Part shown: positions 49,915-59,342 of the stretch, one piece after another | Layout: every line of letters starts with the position of its first letter | Numbering within the stretch: position 1 is the stretch's first letter | Origin: a virus | Lineage: Duplodnaviria > Caudoviricetes | Length of the DNA: 64,000 nucleotides | IMG/VR virus record: IMGVR_UViG_3300021431_000076 | Location: 32,001 to 96,000 of that record | Strand: one strand, 5' to 3' | Made by a program: the position numbers and the translations under genes | Notes under the pieces: generated by a model | What the model was told of the DNA's origin: nothing | Databases searched by the model: none | The model's input: the letters and a program-made list of their open reading frames with translations, nothing else

Positions 49915-50043
49915 GCTGTTTCCTCTCCTTTAGAAAAAATTCATAAAATACCCTTATTGATATAATGTGCTGAAAGGTATTAAAAGTTATTATCCTTTCC
50001 TCCTTTCTCATTTATATAGTATATCTCTGTTTTTTAGTTTACC

Positions 50044-50212
50044 AAAAAAAATGAACTTCCTTGTTCATTTTATCTAAATGATATAGTGACGAGTATATTG
50101 CAAGCTGATTTTTTTTGAGTGTTTTTTATGGCAAGATATATATTATTGGCTACACATATATCTTAGTTATTGAAGGGATTATAGGTGGGTGTCATCCTTG
50201 ACTCACTATATC
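50044..50212 (-). ncRNA. Candidate early multi-stem small RNA with two CANGGANG hairpin loops
   Basis: Early promoter at 50219-50226; 10-bp closing stem 50203-50212/50080-50089; internal hairpins; terminator at 50044-50071; no ORF. Confidence 0.6.
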
Positions 50213-50257
50213 ATTATAATAATATATAATTGAAAAATTTTTTACTTAAACAATATT

Positions 50258-50400
50258 GCACCAGTAGAGTCAACAGACTCTACTGGTTAGAGGTTTGTAG
50301 TAAAAGAAAGCAGAATTAAGATGAGAACTGAAAGGTCATATACTTATAGGGGAAAGTACATGATAAGAAGTATAATAGTTAGGGGTCTATCATCTTCTTT
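50258..50400 (-). ncRNA. Candidate late small RNA with several C/U-rich motifs
   Basis: TACA-tctaaa-TA promoter at 50400-50411; closing stem AAGAUGA/UCAUCUU; CCCCU, UUCCCCU and CCUUUC; terminator hairpin at 50261-50286. Confidence 0.5.
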
Positions 50401-50448
50401 ATTTAGATGTAAAAACCTCTCTAGGGATTTCTCCCTAGAGAGTTTATT

Positions 50449-50925
50449 TTAACGAACAACTTTAGTCATATCAAATGCTCTTGGAGAGAGCTTAATGAGT
50501 TTCTGTTGTGCTTTCTTAGCATCTCTACGAACCATGTTATTGTACTTCTTATAAATTCTATCAAGTAACTGACGTTCCTTAATACGATTCTTTCTAAGAA
50601 GTTCAAAGTCATTATCGCCTTTTTCACGAGCCATTTGCATTGATGCAAGCATAATACGACGATCAAGGTCAGCCTGTTTGCTCATACGAACAATAGCTTT
50701 ACGACCAACTACACCTGCTTCTTCTAAATATTTAAATTCATCAGAATTTAGATATTCATTTCTTTCAGCTTCATTCATAGATGCTACTCTATCTACAATC
50801 AAAGCTTCTAAGAAAGCAGCAGTATCAGTAATACCTTCTCCACCTTCTACGTTTTCATAAGTTTCATCCAGACTATCTACTGTCTGGAGATCTGCACTTT
50901 CATCAAGATTTCTAAATAATGGCAT
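50449..50925 (-). CDS. Probable internal head protein (acidic N-terminus, basic C-terminus)
   Basis: Late promoter at 50983-50994; LDES/LEEA protease-site-like motifs. Confidence 0.6.
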   Translation of the reverse strand: MPLFRNLDESADLQTVDSLDETYENVEGGEGITDTAAFLEALIVDRVASMNEAERNEYLNSDEFKYLEEAGVVGRKAIVRMSKQADLDRRIMLASMQMAREKGDNDFELLRKNRIKERQLLDRIYKKYNNMVRRDAKKAQQKLIKLSPRAFDMTKVVR

Positions 50926-51046
50926 TGTTAATTACCTCCTATATAGGAATTATTTGCTATAGCAAACACAAGTATAGTGTTTTATTGTAATGTTTTAGAA
51001 AGAAAGTTGTAGAGTAAAAAATTTTTTAGATATATATTATTTTATT

Positions 51047-51134
51047 GAGTAGCAAAGAGAGATGGTAAGAGGTAGAGGCAACCACCTCTCTACTCCTATC
51101 AACTTTACATACACACTCCTCTACCTCTTTTTTT
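51047..51134 (+). promoter_or_regulatory. Structured leader (pseudoknot or terminator/antiterminator) before the DNA polymerase operon
   Basis: Stem 51047-51066/51081-51095; its loop AAGAGGTAGAGG (51067-51078) is complementary to CCTCTACCTCTT (51118-51129), which is followed by a T-run. Confidence 0.6.
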
Positions 51135-51199
51135 AATAAACCATGATTTTCACACTAAGAGTAAGAAGCAGAATTTATCTGAACAAGGAGAATAAAATC

Positions 51200-51529
51200 A
51201 TGGTCTATTATTATGCTGAAAAGATAGATAATATTGTTTTAGTTACAGAATTCGTATTATCTGCTAAATCCAGTTCTTCTAAATCTTATGCTTATTATGA
51301 TAACCGTAGGTTATTATTTGAAGAAACTTTAGTATCCTCTATTAAAAATAATAAAATAGAAAGTGTGGTGAATGATATTCTTAAAAGACTTATTAAGAGG
51401 ATACTGAATGAAACCAATAAAACTTTTATTAGTGATGAATTGGTGAATAAACTGAGATGCTATATTTTAGAGACATTAGAAACAGAATTGGAGGAGAATA
51501 AACAATGGATGAAAAAGAAATCAATATAA
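51200..51529 (+). CDS. Hypothetical protein
   Basis: Start at MVYYYAEK behind AAGGAG. Confidence 0.6.
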   Translation: MVYYYAEKIDNIVLVTEFVLSAKSSSSKSYAYYDNRRLLFEETLVSSIKNNKIESVVNDILKRLIKRILNETNKTFISDELVNKLRCYILETLETELEENKQWMKKKSI

Positions 51530-51855
51530 TCACTGGTTTTAAGGCTTTCCCAAGATTACATTTATATATGCAGACACATAGAAAGATGTGTAATGACTGT
51601 CATGTAGACTTTTTCATCATATTGAAGAATGAAAAGAGATTTCTTCACAGATTCTATTTAGTAGATGCCCTAGGATTAGGAAGATATGATCCTAATAAAC
51701 TTAAGAAGTTTATTAATTGGACTAAGGATAGTATGGTTAAGTATACTGAAACAATGTTATCGAAGAGTTCAGTCGAATTAAACTCCCAAGCATGGGATAA
51801 CATTAGTATGACCTATTATGAGGTTATATCTAAAATATGTGAGGAGAATAAGTAA
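51505..51855 (+). CDS. Hypothetical protein
   Basis: GGAGGAG RBS; coupled to the polymerase gene. Confidence 0.6.
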   Translation: MDEKEINIITGFKAFPRLHLYMQTHRKMCNDCHVDFFIILKNEKRFLHRFYLVDALGLGRYDPNKLKKFINWTKDSMVKYTETMLSKSSVELNSQAWDNISMTYYEVISKICEENK

Positions 51856-53979
51856 ATGAATGAGGAAGTAGAATGGAAAGTTTATGAGAACACACCCAAA
51901 GGGGAATTTATTGATCGGTATAGAAAAGATATGTATGAGATATTACATAGATCTCTTCCATTACTTCAACCATTTGAGTTAGAAGAAGGGATAAACTATT
52001 CGATCAATAAATCATATCAAGGACACAATGTAGTTATAGATAATAACTATACTAAACGAAAAGCTGAAATTGACCTATTAGATTTGGGAAATCAACTCCT
52101 AGAAGGTAAGTATATAATGACTACCTCAGGAGTTTTGTTTCAGAAACATGATATGGTCAAGAATCCTTTTTATAACTTCATCCAATATTTAGTAGATAAA
52201 CGAGATGAAGCTAAGGAAAAGATGAAGACAGCTCCTGGAGGAAAAGGAAGCGAAGAATGGAAAAAGTATAACCTACAACAGCTGAACTATAAAACTTCAT
52301 GTAATGCACTTTATGGTTGCGCTGGTAATTGGAGTTCTGTATTCTATAATCTATTCTTGGCTACAGCAGTAACAGGTCAAGGAAGAGGATGTATATCAGC
52401 TTCTATAACCATGTTTGAAGGATTCTTGGCAAACAATGTTAAGTTCCATAATCTTAATGAAGTTCATACATTTATGAACAATATTTGTCAAGATCAGAAG
52501 AAACCAGAAATGCACAAATTCTATGATTATGATTGGTTGGATAGAAATGTAACTATAGAAGAAGCATTCTTAAAGATAATTCATAATTGTGATTGGCCAT
52601 TCTCTGATCTAGCAAAGAAACAGATATGGAATTACATGAATAATTTATCTCAAAGAGAACTGAATGTAATCTATTATAAGAACAATCTATATGAATTCTG
52701 TAAGAATAAAAGAGTTGTGGATTTGATCATGACTATTCTTACTAAACTTAATTCTCCATTCCTAGATCCTAATAAACCGAATGAAGAGGTTAAAGAAGAA
52801 CTAGAATTATTAAAAGAACTCTTGTTTGAGTATGTTTATTATCGTCATTTATGGATAGATAAACTTGATAGAGTTTATACTATGATGAGAGATGTTGTTC
52901 TTATAACAGATACAGATTCTTGTATTGTATCTCTAGATGAATGGTATAAATTTGTTAAGCAATATACCATTGGAGTTCCAATGACTATCAAGTATACTTA
53001 TGAAGAAATTAAGGAACATGAAAATAGAGTTATACTTGAGATGAAGAAAGCTGAGAGAGTAAATGAGTATGATTTCTATAATGATAAACTAGTAGAAGCT
53101 AAGAGACTTAAATATCCTACAGTTGTCATTGAAGAAGATAATCTTAGATACTCTATAATCAATATAATGAGTTATATTGTATCTCAGCTTATATTGGATT
53201 ACATGGTATTATTTAGTGAGAACTATAATACCTATGCTCCAAATAGAGAATGTCTCTTAATAATGAAAAATGAGTTCTTATTTAAATCAATGCTAATTAC
53301 ATCTGGTAAGAAGAATTATACTTCTCTTCAGCTAATACAAGAAGGAAAATGGATACCAGAAGATAAACAATTTGATATCAAAGGAATGCCAATCGATAAA
53401 GTAGGTATACCAGAATCTACTGCACAAAGATTGAAGAATATATTGGAATACAATATCCTTAGAACAGACTTTGTTGATCAAGTAGACATAATCAAATCTT
53501 TAGCAGCACTAGAAAAAGAGATTTATATATCTCTAGCAAATGGTGATAAAACTTATTATAAACCTGCTAGAATAAAATCTATGGGTTATTATGATAATCC
53601 ATTTATCATTCAAGGTATCAAAGCATCAATAGCGTATAATGAAATTAAGTCTAAAGACGAGGAAGCCATAGACTTAAACGAAAGAAATACTGTTTTGATA
53701 ATCAAAGTAGTACTAAATAAGAAGAATGCTGATAAGATTGCAAAAGATTTTCCAGAGCATTATATAAGATTAGCTAAGTTATTAGAAAGAAAAGAATTTA
53801 AGAATGGTCTTACTTCTATAGCTATTCCATTTAATGTTCCTACTCCTAAATGGGTTGTTCCTTTCATTGATTATACTACTATAATCCAAGATAATATTAA
53901 AGTATTTCCAGTAGAAGAACTTGGTATTAGTAGAGAAAACAATGCTACGGTTACTCATTCTAATATTGTTACTTTCTAA
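51856..53979 (+). CDS. polB: Family B DNA polymerase, C-terminal part (motifs B and C, thumb)
   Basis: QLNYKTSCNALYG, VTGQGR, TDTDS, KKNY and IKG motifs. Confidence 0.9.
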   Translation: MNEEVEWKVYENTPKGEFIDRYRKDMYEILHRSLPLLQPFELEEGINYSINKSYQGHNVVIDNNYTKRKAEIDLLDLGNQLLEGKYIMTTSGVLFQKHDMVKNPFYNFIQYLVDKRDEAKEKMKTAPGGKGSEEWKKYNLQQLNYKTSCNALYGCAGNWSSVFYNLFLATAVTGQGRGCISASITMFEGFLANNVKFHNLNEVHTFMNNICQDQKKPEMHKFYDYDWLDRNVTIEEAFLKIIHNCDWPFSDLAKKQIWNYMNNLSQRELNVIYYKNNLYEFCKNKRVVDLIMTILTKLNSPFLDPNKPNEEVKEELELLKELLFEYVYYRHLWIDKLDRVYTMMRDVVLITDTDSCIVSLDEWYKFVKQYTIGVPMTIKYTYEEIKEHENRVILEMKKAERVNEYDFYNDKLVEAKRLKYPTVVIEEDNLRYSIINIMSYIVSQLILDYMVLFSENYNTYAPNRECLLIMKNEFLFKSMLITSGKKNYTSLQLIQEGKWIPEDKQFDIKGMPIDKVGIPESTAQRLKNILEYNILRTDFVDQVDIIKSLAALEKEIYISLANGDKTYYKPARIKSMGYYDNPFIIQGIKASIAYNEIKSKDEEAIDLNERNTVLIIKVVLNKKNADKIAKDFPEHYIRLAKLLERKEFKNGLTSIAIPFNVPTPKWVVPFIDYTTIIQDNIKVFPVEELGISRENNATVTHSNIVTF

Positions 53980-54052
53980 TACAATTACCCTAGGAGATTG
54001 AATTCTCCTAGGGTAAATTTATTTTTAGTAATATACTATTTATAAGAAGGAG

Positions 54053-55582
54053 TTGATAGAGATGATACAAGAATTTGAAAAGATCATAATCGGTGGAGTA
54101 GAAACAGAAGTAAGAAGTTATGAATCAGCATTAGCAATTTATAAGAAAAGAACAGGAAGAATATTGAAAACAAAAGATTATCTTAGTGCTTTATTCTTTA
54201 ATCTAGGATTTAATATGATGCCTAAGAACTTTGATTTTATAAATAAGAAAATACCAATAGAAAATATAGAGTTCGAATCTATGATAGACTATAACAAAAC
54301 TATTCCTATATATATTCGTATGAGTACTTATGATAATACCCTATATGATCTTTTAGAAACTATAAAATTTTGGTGTAAAGGCAAAATTCATAGTGGATTG
54401 ATATTAAGTATAGAGAATACTTATAAAGATAAAGTTACTGATAAAGAAAATCTGTGGAGTAGAGAAAATAATTTTGATATCAAACGACCAGCTATAGTTT
54501 CAGAAAAAGCAAAACAATGGTATGGTAGTGATATAATAACTTCTAGATTATATAATCTAAATCCTAATATAAATGAGGATTATTTTGATAATCATATCCA
54601 GAAATTTGATACCATATGTAAAAATGTGCATATAGAAGATCCTTGGATATTATTTATAATGGCTTTAGCAGAACCAGATTCTATAATGTCGCTCATTAGA
54701 AGAGTAGAAATGGAAACTATTGAAAGAATTGGTGGTGATGAATATGTTATGAATCTATCTCCAGATATGGTGATAGATGATTTTCAAGCTGTATTTAGAT
54801 GCTATTCAAATCAGATATATCAAATTTATAGCAGTCATGGTATTCAAGGTTTAACCAATTTTGCTACTTCTGTAAATAACTCTAAGAATATATCTAGAGA
54901 ACTAGCGCAAGAGTTATATAGTGGATATGTTATTCCTGCAAATGCTTTAAATGCAGCACAAGAAGATCAATCATTTATAGATACATTTTCTATGCTTACA
55001 TTAGAACAGAAGAAAACGTATGTAGCTGATCTTGATATTAATAATAGAGAAAGAAATATCATATCTATTATATCTAGATATGTGGATATTTCTAATCTTA
55101 ATAAAATGCTTAAGAAGCATACCGTGAATGATCATGGATTATATATAGATACAATGAAAAATCTATATATTCTTATTTCCCAAATAAATATCTATATTCC
55201 AAATTATATTGCATTTCTTAGTGAAAAAATGGTATTGTCTAAGAATCTATTTATAGATAAGAATAACTTTGGTCTGTTTAATAAGAACTTTGATAATTTT
55301 ATCTTTATAGATGAGAACTATAATATCTGTATGTGTGATATAGATAAAGTAGGTAAGTTTATTAAAGACAAATATCACAAGGACGTTAGATTAGTGCCAA
55401 AAGAAGATATGGGGAATAAGAAACTGGAAAAGGAGATACCTGATTTAGTGTTTGAATATGATGAAATCATGAAGCAAGAAGAGATATCTCATCAAGTTCC
55501 AGTCTATACGGATATACTCCGTATAGATGAAATTAAGAAAGAAGATGAGACTTATGGGTTAGAAGGATTGATTGTGGAATGA
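54053..55582 (+). CDS. Hypothetical early protein
   Basis: 509-aa ORF; early-type promoter at 54032. Confidence 0.6.
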   Translation: MIEMIQEFEKIIIGGVETEVRSYESALAIYKKRTGRILKTKDYLSALFFNLGFNMMPKNFDFINKKIPIENIEFESMIDYNKTIPIYIRMSTYDNTLYDLLETIKFWCKGKIHSGLILSIENTYKDKVTDKENLWSRENNFDIKRPAIVSEKAKQWYGSDIITSRLYNLNPNINEDYFDNHIQKFDTICKNVHIEDPWILFIMALAEPDSIMSLIRRVEMETIERIGGDEYVMNLSPDMVIDDFQAVFRCYSNQIYQIYSSHGIQGLTNFATSVNNSKNISRELAQELYSGYVIPANALNAAQEDQSFIDTFSMLTLEQKKTYVADLDINNRERNIISIISRYVDISNLNKMLKKHTVNDHGLYIDTMKNLYILISQINIYIPNYIAFLSEKMVLSKNLFIDKNNFGLFNKNFDNFIFIDENYNICMCDIDKVGKFIKDKYHKDVRLVPKEDMGNKKLEKEIPDLVFEYDEIMKQEEISHQVPVYTDILRIDEIKKEDETYGLEGLIVE

Positions 55583-56535
55583 ATGAAAATGAAAATAAAG
55601 TGGGGGATTCTAATCCTCCACTTAAAGAAGTATGCAAGTTTACCAAATCTATATATCCTGATTTAATAACTGGATATCCAATAGAGTATTATAATATGTA
55701 TAAATATATGACTGATACTCTGATGTGGTTACATGATTCAGGTATAATAGTGACATTCAATCTATATGCATCTGGTAAAATAAAACCATCTGTTGGTACT
55801 GAAGTATATGGATTTTATCATACTAGGGAAAATAAAGATAGTGCAATAAATATCAATAGAAACTTTTCTTATTGCATTTGTATAGAAACAACCAAGCTTT
55901 TTAATAGTAATCATGGATTAACAGATTCTTGTAGAGTTACTTTATTCTCAGAAGCCTTATCTGTATTTAAGTATACAGCAGTACCTAAAATATTAGATTG
56001 GTATAATAATCCATCTAAATATATAGCTGCTAATCCTAAAGATAAAACAAAATATTCAGCTAGTTTTAAAAAGGGAATTAAAGCAGAGAATGTAACTGCA
56101 GTGCTATTAGATAAAGATAGAAAAGCTTCTATTATATTCGAAGCTTGTCCAGAAAATGATGGAGAAGGAGGAAGTACTGGTAAACTTAATATAGGATTGC
56201 ATATTGCTGATCAGTTTATTTATCTTCCCTGGAATAAAATGTTTGAGTTTATTCATATAGTAATAGATATGAATCATCAGTTATACGCATCTACTATGTT
56301 ATCATTTATAGGAATGGCTCCAGTTGGTATAGGAATGGAACCAGAATATATGGCTAAATATAGTAAATTAAAAAATCAACCAAAGAAGCTAAGTTTAAAG
56401 GATACATCTTATTTTGCAAACTTCAATAAGACTAAAACCTTAGGGGATGCTGTTAAACTTGCTAATAGTATGGTTACTAGTACTATTGAAGAAAAATTTA
56501 GAAAGGAGCATGATTTAGATGACAACAAAAAGTAG
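55579..56535 (+). CDS. Hypothetical protein
   Basis: 318-aa ORF with ATGA overlap. Confidence 0.6.
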   Translation: MNENENKVGDSNPPLKEVCKFTKSIYPDLITGYPIEYYNMYKYMTDTLMWLHDSGIIVTFNLYASGKIKPSVGTEVYGFYHTRENKDSAININRNFSYCICIETTKLFNSNHGLTDSCRVTLFSEALSVFKYTAVPKILDWYNNPSKYIAANPKDKTKYSASFKKGIKAENVTAVLLDKDRKASIIFEACPENDGEGGSTGKLNIGLHIADQFIYLPWNKMFEFIHIVIDMNHQLYASTMLSFIGMAPVGIGMEPEYMAKYSKLKNQPKKLSLKDTSYFANFNKTKTLGDAVKLANSMVTSTIEEKFRKEHDLDDNKK

Positions 56536-57547
56536 CAATGAATATATTAAATATACTAAAGAAACCATAAAGAAAGGAGCTAGAGCAGGAGTATATAATA
56601 CCAATCTTGATGTTATGGACTATAATTATTTGATAGGCGACTTTGGAGGATCAACAGTAACTTTGATCAATATAAAAACAGGTATGATTCATACTTGTAA
56701 TCCATCTGATATTTATATGCCAGGAGGCGAATCAAAGAATTATCTTGATTACGATCAAGAAGTTATGAAAGTAGGAGATAAAGTATGTTTTAGAGCAAAT
56801 GAAAGCAATGCTTTATTTGAGATTACAAAAGTCAATCCTGTAGAACAGAGTTGCAATCTTTATTCTAAAACTGGAACAAGACTTTATGATATTCCACTAA
56901 GCTATCTCAGATTTGCTTATAAAACTGATTCTGTAAAAGAAGAAGAGAGCAAAGTAATTCAATTAAATAAAAAAGTAGAGGAGAAAAAGAATATGTCTAA
57001 AACTAAGAAAGATAATGCTATCAAGAAAGCTTTTGATGAGAAACAAAAAACACTACTGAAAACAGCAGATAAGAAAAAAGAAGATGAAGGAGAGGATTTT
57101 GAGTTTGGTGATATCACTATCACAATAAAGAAGAAAGGTAAAGGTATATTGGTTAAATGTAAAGATGATATGTACTATGGAACAGCATTCATAGACAATT
57201 ATCAAGGAAATGATATGACTTCTATTGCTTCTGCTATTCAATCTGCATTTGAAAACTTCTGTGATGAAGATAGAAGAAAAAGAGTCAATATGTTTGTTCC
57301 AGAGATAGGAGAGAACTATCTTCGTTATTCTATGATTAATGAAGAAGATAAACCCAATGAATCTAAATTAGAATGGGTTAATTGGAATGGTTCTTTTAAT
57401 TGCCTTATGGATTTAGAGATAGGAAATGTATATAGAGATGGCCATGAAGCTAAATCTGATTTCTATCGTCTGAAGAATATTATGTTACAGAAGCAGAAAC
57501 AAATTATTGAGAAGCTCAATAAAGTTGATATTGACGAGGAGGAATAA
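56519..57547 (+). CDS. Hypothetical protein with SH3/KOW-like segments
   Basis: MKVGDKVCF motif; AAGGAG RBS. Confidence 0.55.
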   Translation: MTTKSSNEYIKYTKETIKKGARAGVYNTNLDVMDYNYLIGDFGGSTVTLINIKTGMIHTCNPSDIYMPGGESKNYLDYDQEVMKVGDKVCFRANESNALFEITKVNPVEQSCNLYSKTGTRLYDIPLSYLRFAYKTDSVKEEESKVIQLNKKVEEKKNMSKTKKDNAIKKAFDEKQKTLLKTADKKKEDEGEDFEFGDITITIKKKGKGILVKCKDDMYYGTAFIDNYQGNDMTSIASAIQSAFENFCDEDRRKRVNMFVPEIGENYLRYSMINEEDKPNESKLEWVNWNGSFNCLMDLEIGNVYRDGHEAKSDFYRLKNIMLQKQKQIIEKLNKVDIDEEE

Positions 57548-57549
57548 TC

Positions 57550-58473
57550 ATGGATAACAACGAATTCAAAATAGGGGATATTATTAAAATTTCCAATCCT
57601 ATTATTAAAAAGCATAAGAAATTCTTAAACATGGTAGGAAAAATAGTATCTTTATCAGACACTAATATTCCTGCTTTAGATGTTATCCCTACAGCATTTA
57701 TTAAATTTCCATATAATGTAAATGGAGATTTTGAATTTCTTATAGAAGAAATAGAACTTACTGATAGAAAAAATTATAACGAACCAGAGCCAGTAAAGAA
57801 ACCTGAATTTGAAGGACATAAATTCCACAAAGCTACTCAAGATGAATTGAAAGCAAATGACGTCCCTATCATTCCTGATGGAAAAGGTTTTAATAATATT
57901 AGAACTGTAAAATGGAATTTGGGAGATAATTATCCTTGGACTGAACGTGTTTATGCTGATAAGAGTGATCATCAGTTTATCAAAGATTATGTTCTTGGAA
58001 ATGTATTTCGTCCCTATAAAGAAGGAGATCCAGAGATCAATATTGATCGAGAACGATCAGTCTATAATAGAATCTACTCTTTATATAATAAACAATTAGA
58101 CTGGGCCTGGATTGAACGTAAGGTCTATAATAACCATAGACGTACTTGCTATGATAAAGCTGGTAATGCAACCTTCAAGAAAGAATGGGATATTACTAAA
58201 GTAGCTTCTGGTTGGAAAACTCAACTTGGAAATACTAAGAATATTCTCTATAGTAAGTTTGGCAAAGAAAGATTCTATTATCACTTTGCTTTCTGTGGAA
58301 ATAAATTCCGTATTGTTAAAGTTCTCTTCCCAATTGAGCAGGATAATGATATTGTTTTCGAAAGAGCTTGTATGGACTATGCTCTTGGCAATTTCTTTAT
58401 CAGCAAAAAGGATGCTAAACGTAGTCTCATGTTCCAGAAGATTAAGACCTTCTTCAAGTATGATGAAATCTAA
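57550..58473 (+). CDS. Hypothetical protein with an N-terminal KOW-like segment and internally repeated (L/I)GN(V/F)F motif
   Basis: FKIGDIIKI; DYVLGNVF and DYALGNFF; similar DLEIGNVY in the upstream gene. Confidence 0.55.
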   Translation: MDNNEFKIGDIIKISNPIIKKHKKFLNMVGKIVSLSDTNIPALDVIPTAFIKFPYNVNGDFEFLIEEIELTDRKNYNEPEPVKKPEFEGHKFHKATQDELKANDVPIIPDGKGFNNIRTVKWNLGDNYPWTERVYADKSDHQFIKDYVLGNVFRPYKEGDPEINIDRERSVYNRIYSLYNKQLDWAWIERKVYNNHRRTCYDKAGNATFKKEWDITKVASGWKTQLGNTKNILYSKFGKERFYYHFAFCGNKFRIVKVLFPIEQDNDIVFERACMDYALGNFFISKKDAKRSLMFQKIKTFFKYDEI

Positions 58474-58496
58474 AAATATAATGTGGACATTATAGT

Positions 58497-58570
58497 ATCC
58501 AAGCTAACCTTTACTTTGCCATAGTAAAAGCCCACCCTGTAGCCTTAATTGGCTACAGGGTAAATTTTTT
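58497..58570 (+). ncRNA. Candidate short late RNA with an anticodon-like stem-loop
   Basis: GACA-ttatag-TA at 58486; TTTACT-TTGCCAT-AGTAAA hairpin; terminator at 58534-58570. Confidence 0.35.
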
Positions 58571-59342
58571 AATTTATCGTAAGCATAACTGGTTGATTTC
58601 TATTAGAAGCAGATACATAAGAAGATTTAAGCTCTTCTATTATCTGGTCTCTTTGTCTTGCTTTTTCTTCCAGAGAAGCAAGTTTTAAATCTATGTTGCT
58701 GAAGGTTGTTTCAAGATTATCATACATTTTTAGTTGTTCATATAAAAATGTAGCAACATCTGCTATTGCTAGTTGTTCAAATGTTTCCATTTGTGTAGGT
58801 GGAATAGTCATTAAATTATCAGCATGTTTTACTAAGAGATTAATTGGAATCTCTTGATTTTTAGGTAAGAAGTTAGAGTTTATAATAGCATTAAGCTTAA
58901 TCTTATTAGGTGGAATGTAATCTAGATAGATACCATTACTAAAAATAGATACATGATCTGCTACCATCTGAGTATCAATAACTGTATCTACGTCAAATCC
59001 AGTAGTACACATATCATAAGCATTAATAGATCCTGCTCCATATAATAGACCAGGATATCCTAAAGAGAATGCTCTCCAGTCTATATCTTGTATTCCCAAT
59101 ATAGTCATATGATCACATATAGATTCATCTATTAGATAGTATTTGCCTTTTCTATTCTGTGGTCCTAATATATAGGGAAACTTATTAGGAAAGAATCTAC
59201 TAAAAGTATCTAAAGTTTCATTACAGATTACCTCTTCAGCCCATTTATCTTTAGACATGTATTCTGGCAAGTTAAGTTGTTTGGTTCCTAAACGACGCTC
59301 TATCTTATTAAGAAGGAGAGTCATTGAATTAGCCATTGTCAT
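58569..59342 (-). CDS. Probable virion structural (neck/head-completion-like) protein
   Basis: Late promoter at 59362-59373; N-terminal KIERRLG recalls the T4 gp13-like start. Confidence 0.5.
   Translation of the reverse strand: MTMANSMTLLLNKIERRLGTKQLNLPEYMSKDKWAEEVICNETLDTFSRFFPNKFPYILGPQNRKGKYYLIDESICDHMTILGIQDIDWRAFSLGYPGLLYGAGSINAYDMCTTGFDVDTVIDTQMVADHVSIFSNGIYLDYIPPNKIKLNAIINSNFLPKNQEIPINLLVKHADNLMTIPPTQMETFEQLAIADVATFLYEQLKMYDNLETTFSNIDLKLASLEEKARQRDQIIEELKSSYVSASNRNQPVMLTIN

Noticed and set aside
51067-51095. AGAGGTAGAGGC resembles the start of a lysine riboswitch
   Set aside because: The element is far too short and lacks the other lysine-riboswitch helices; no lysine-related gene follows.
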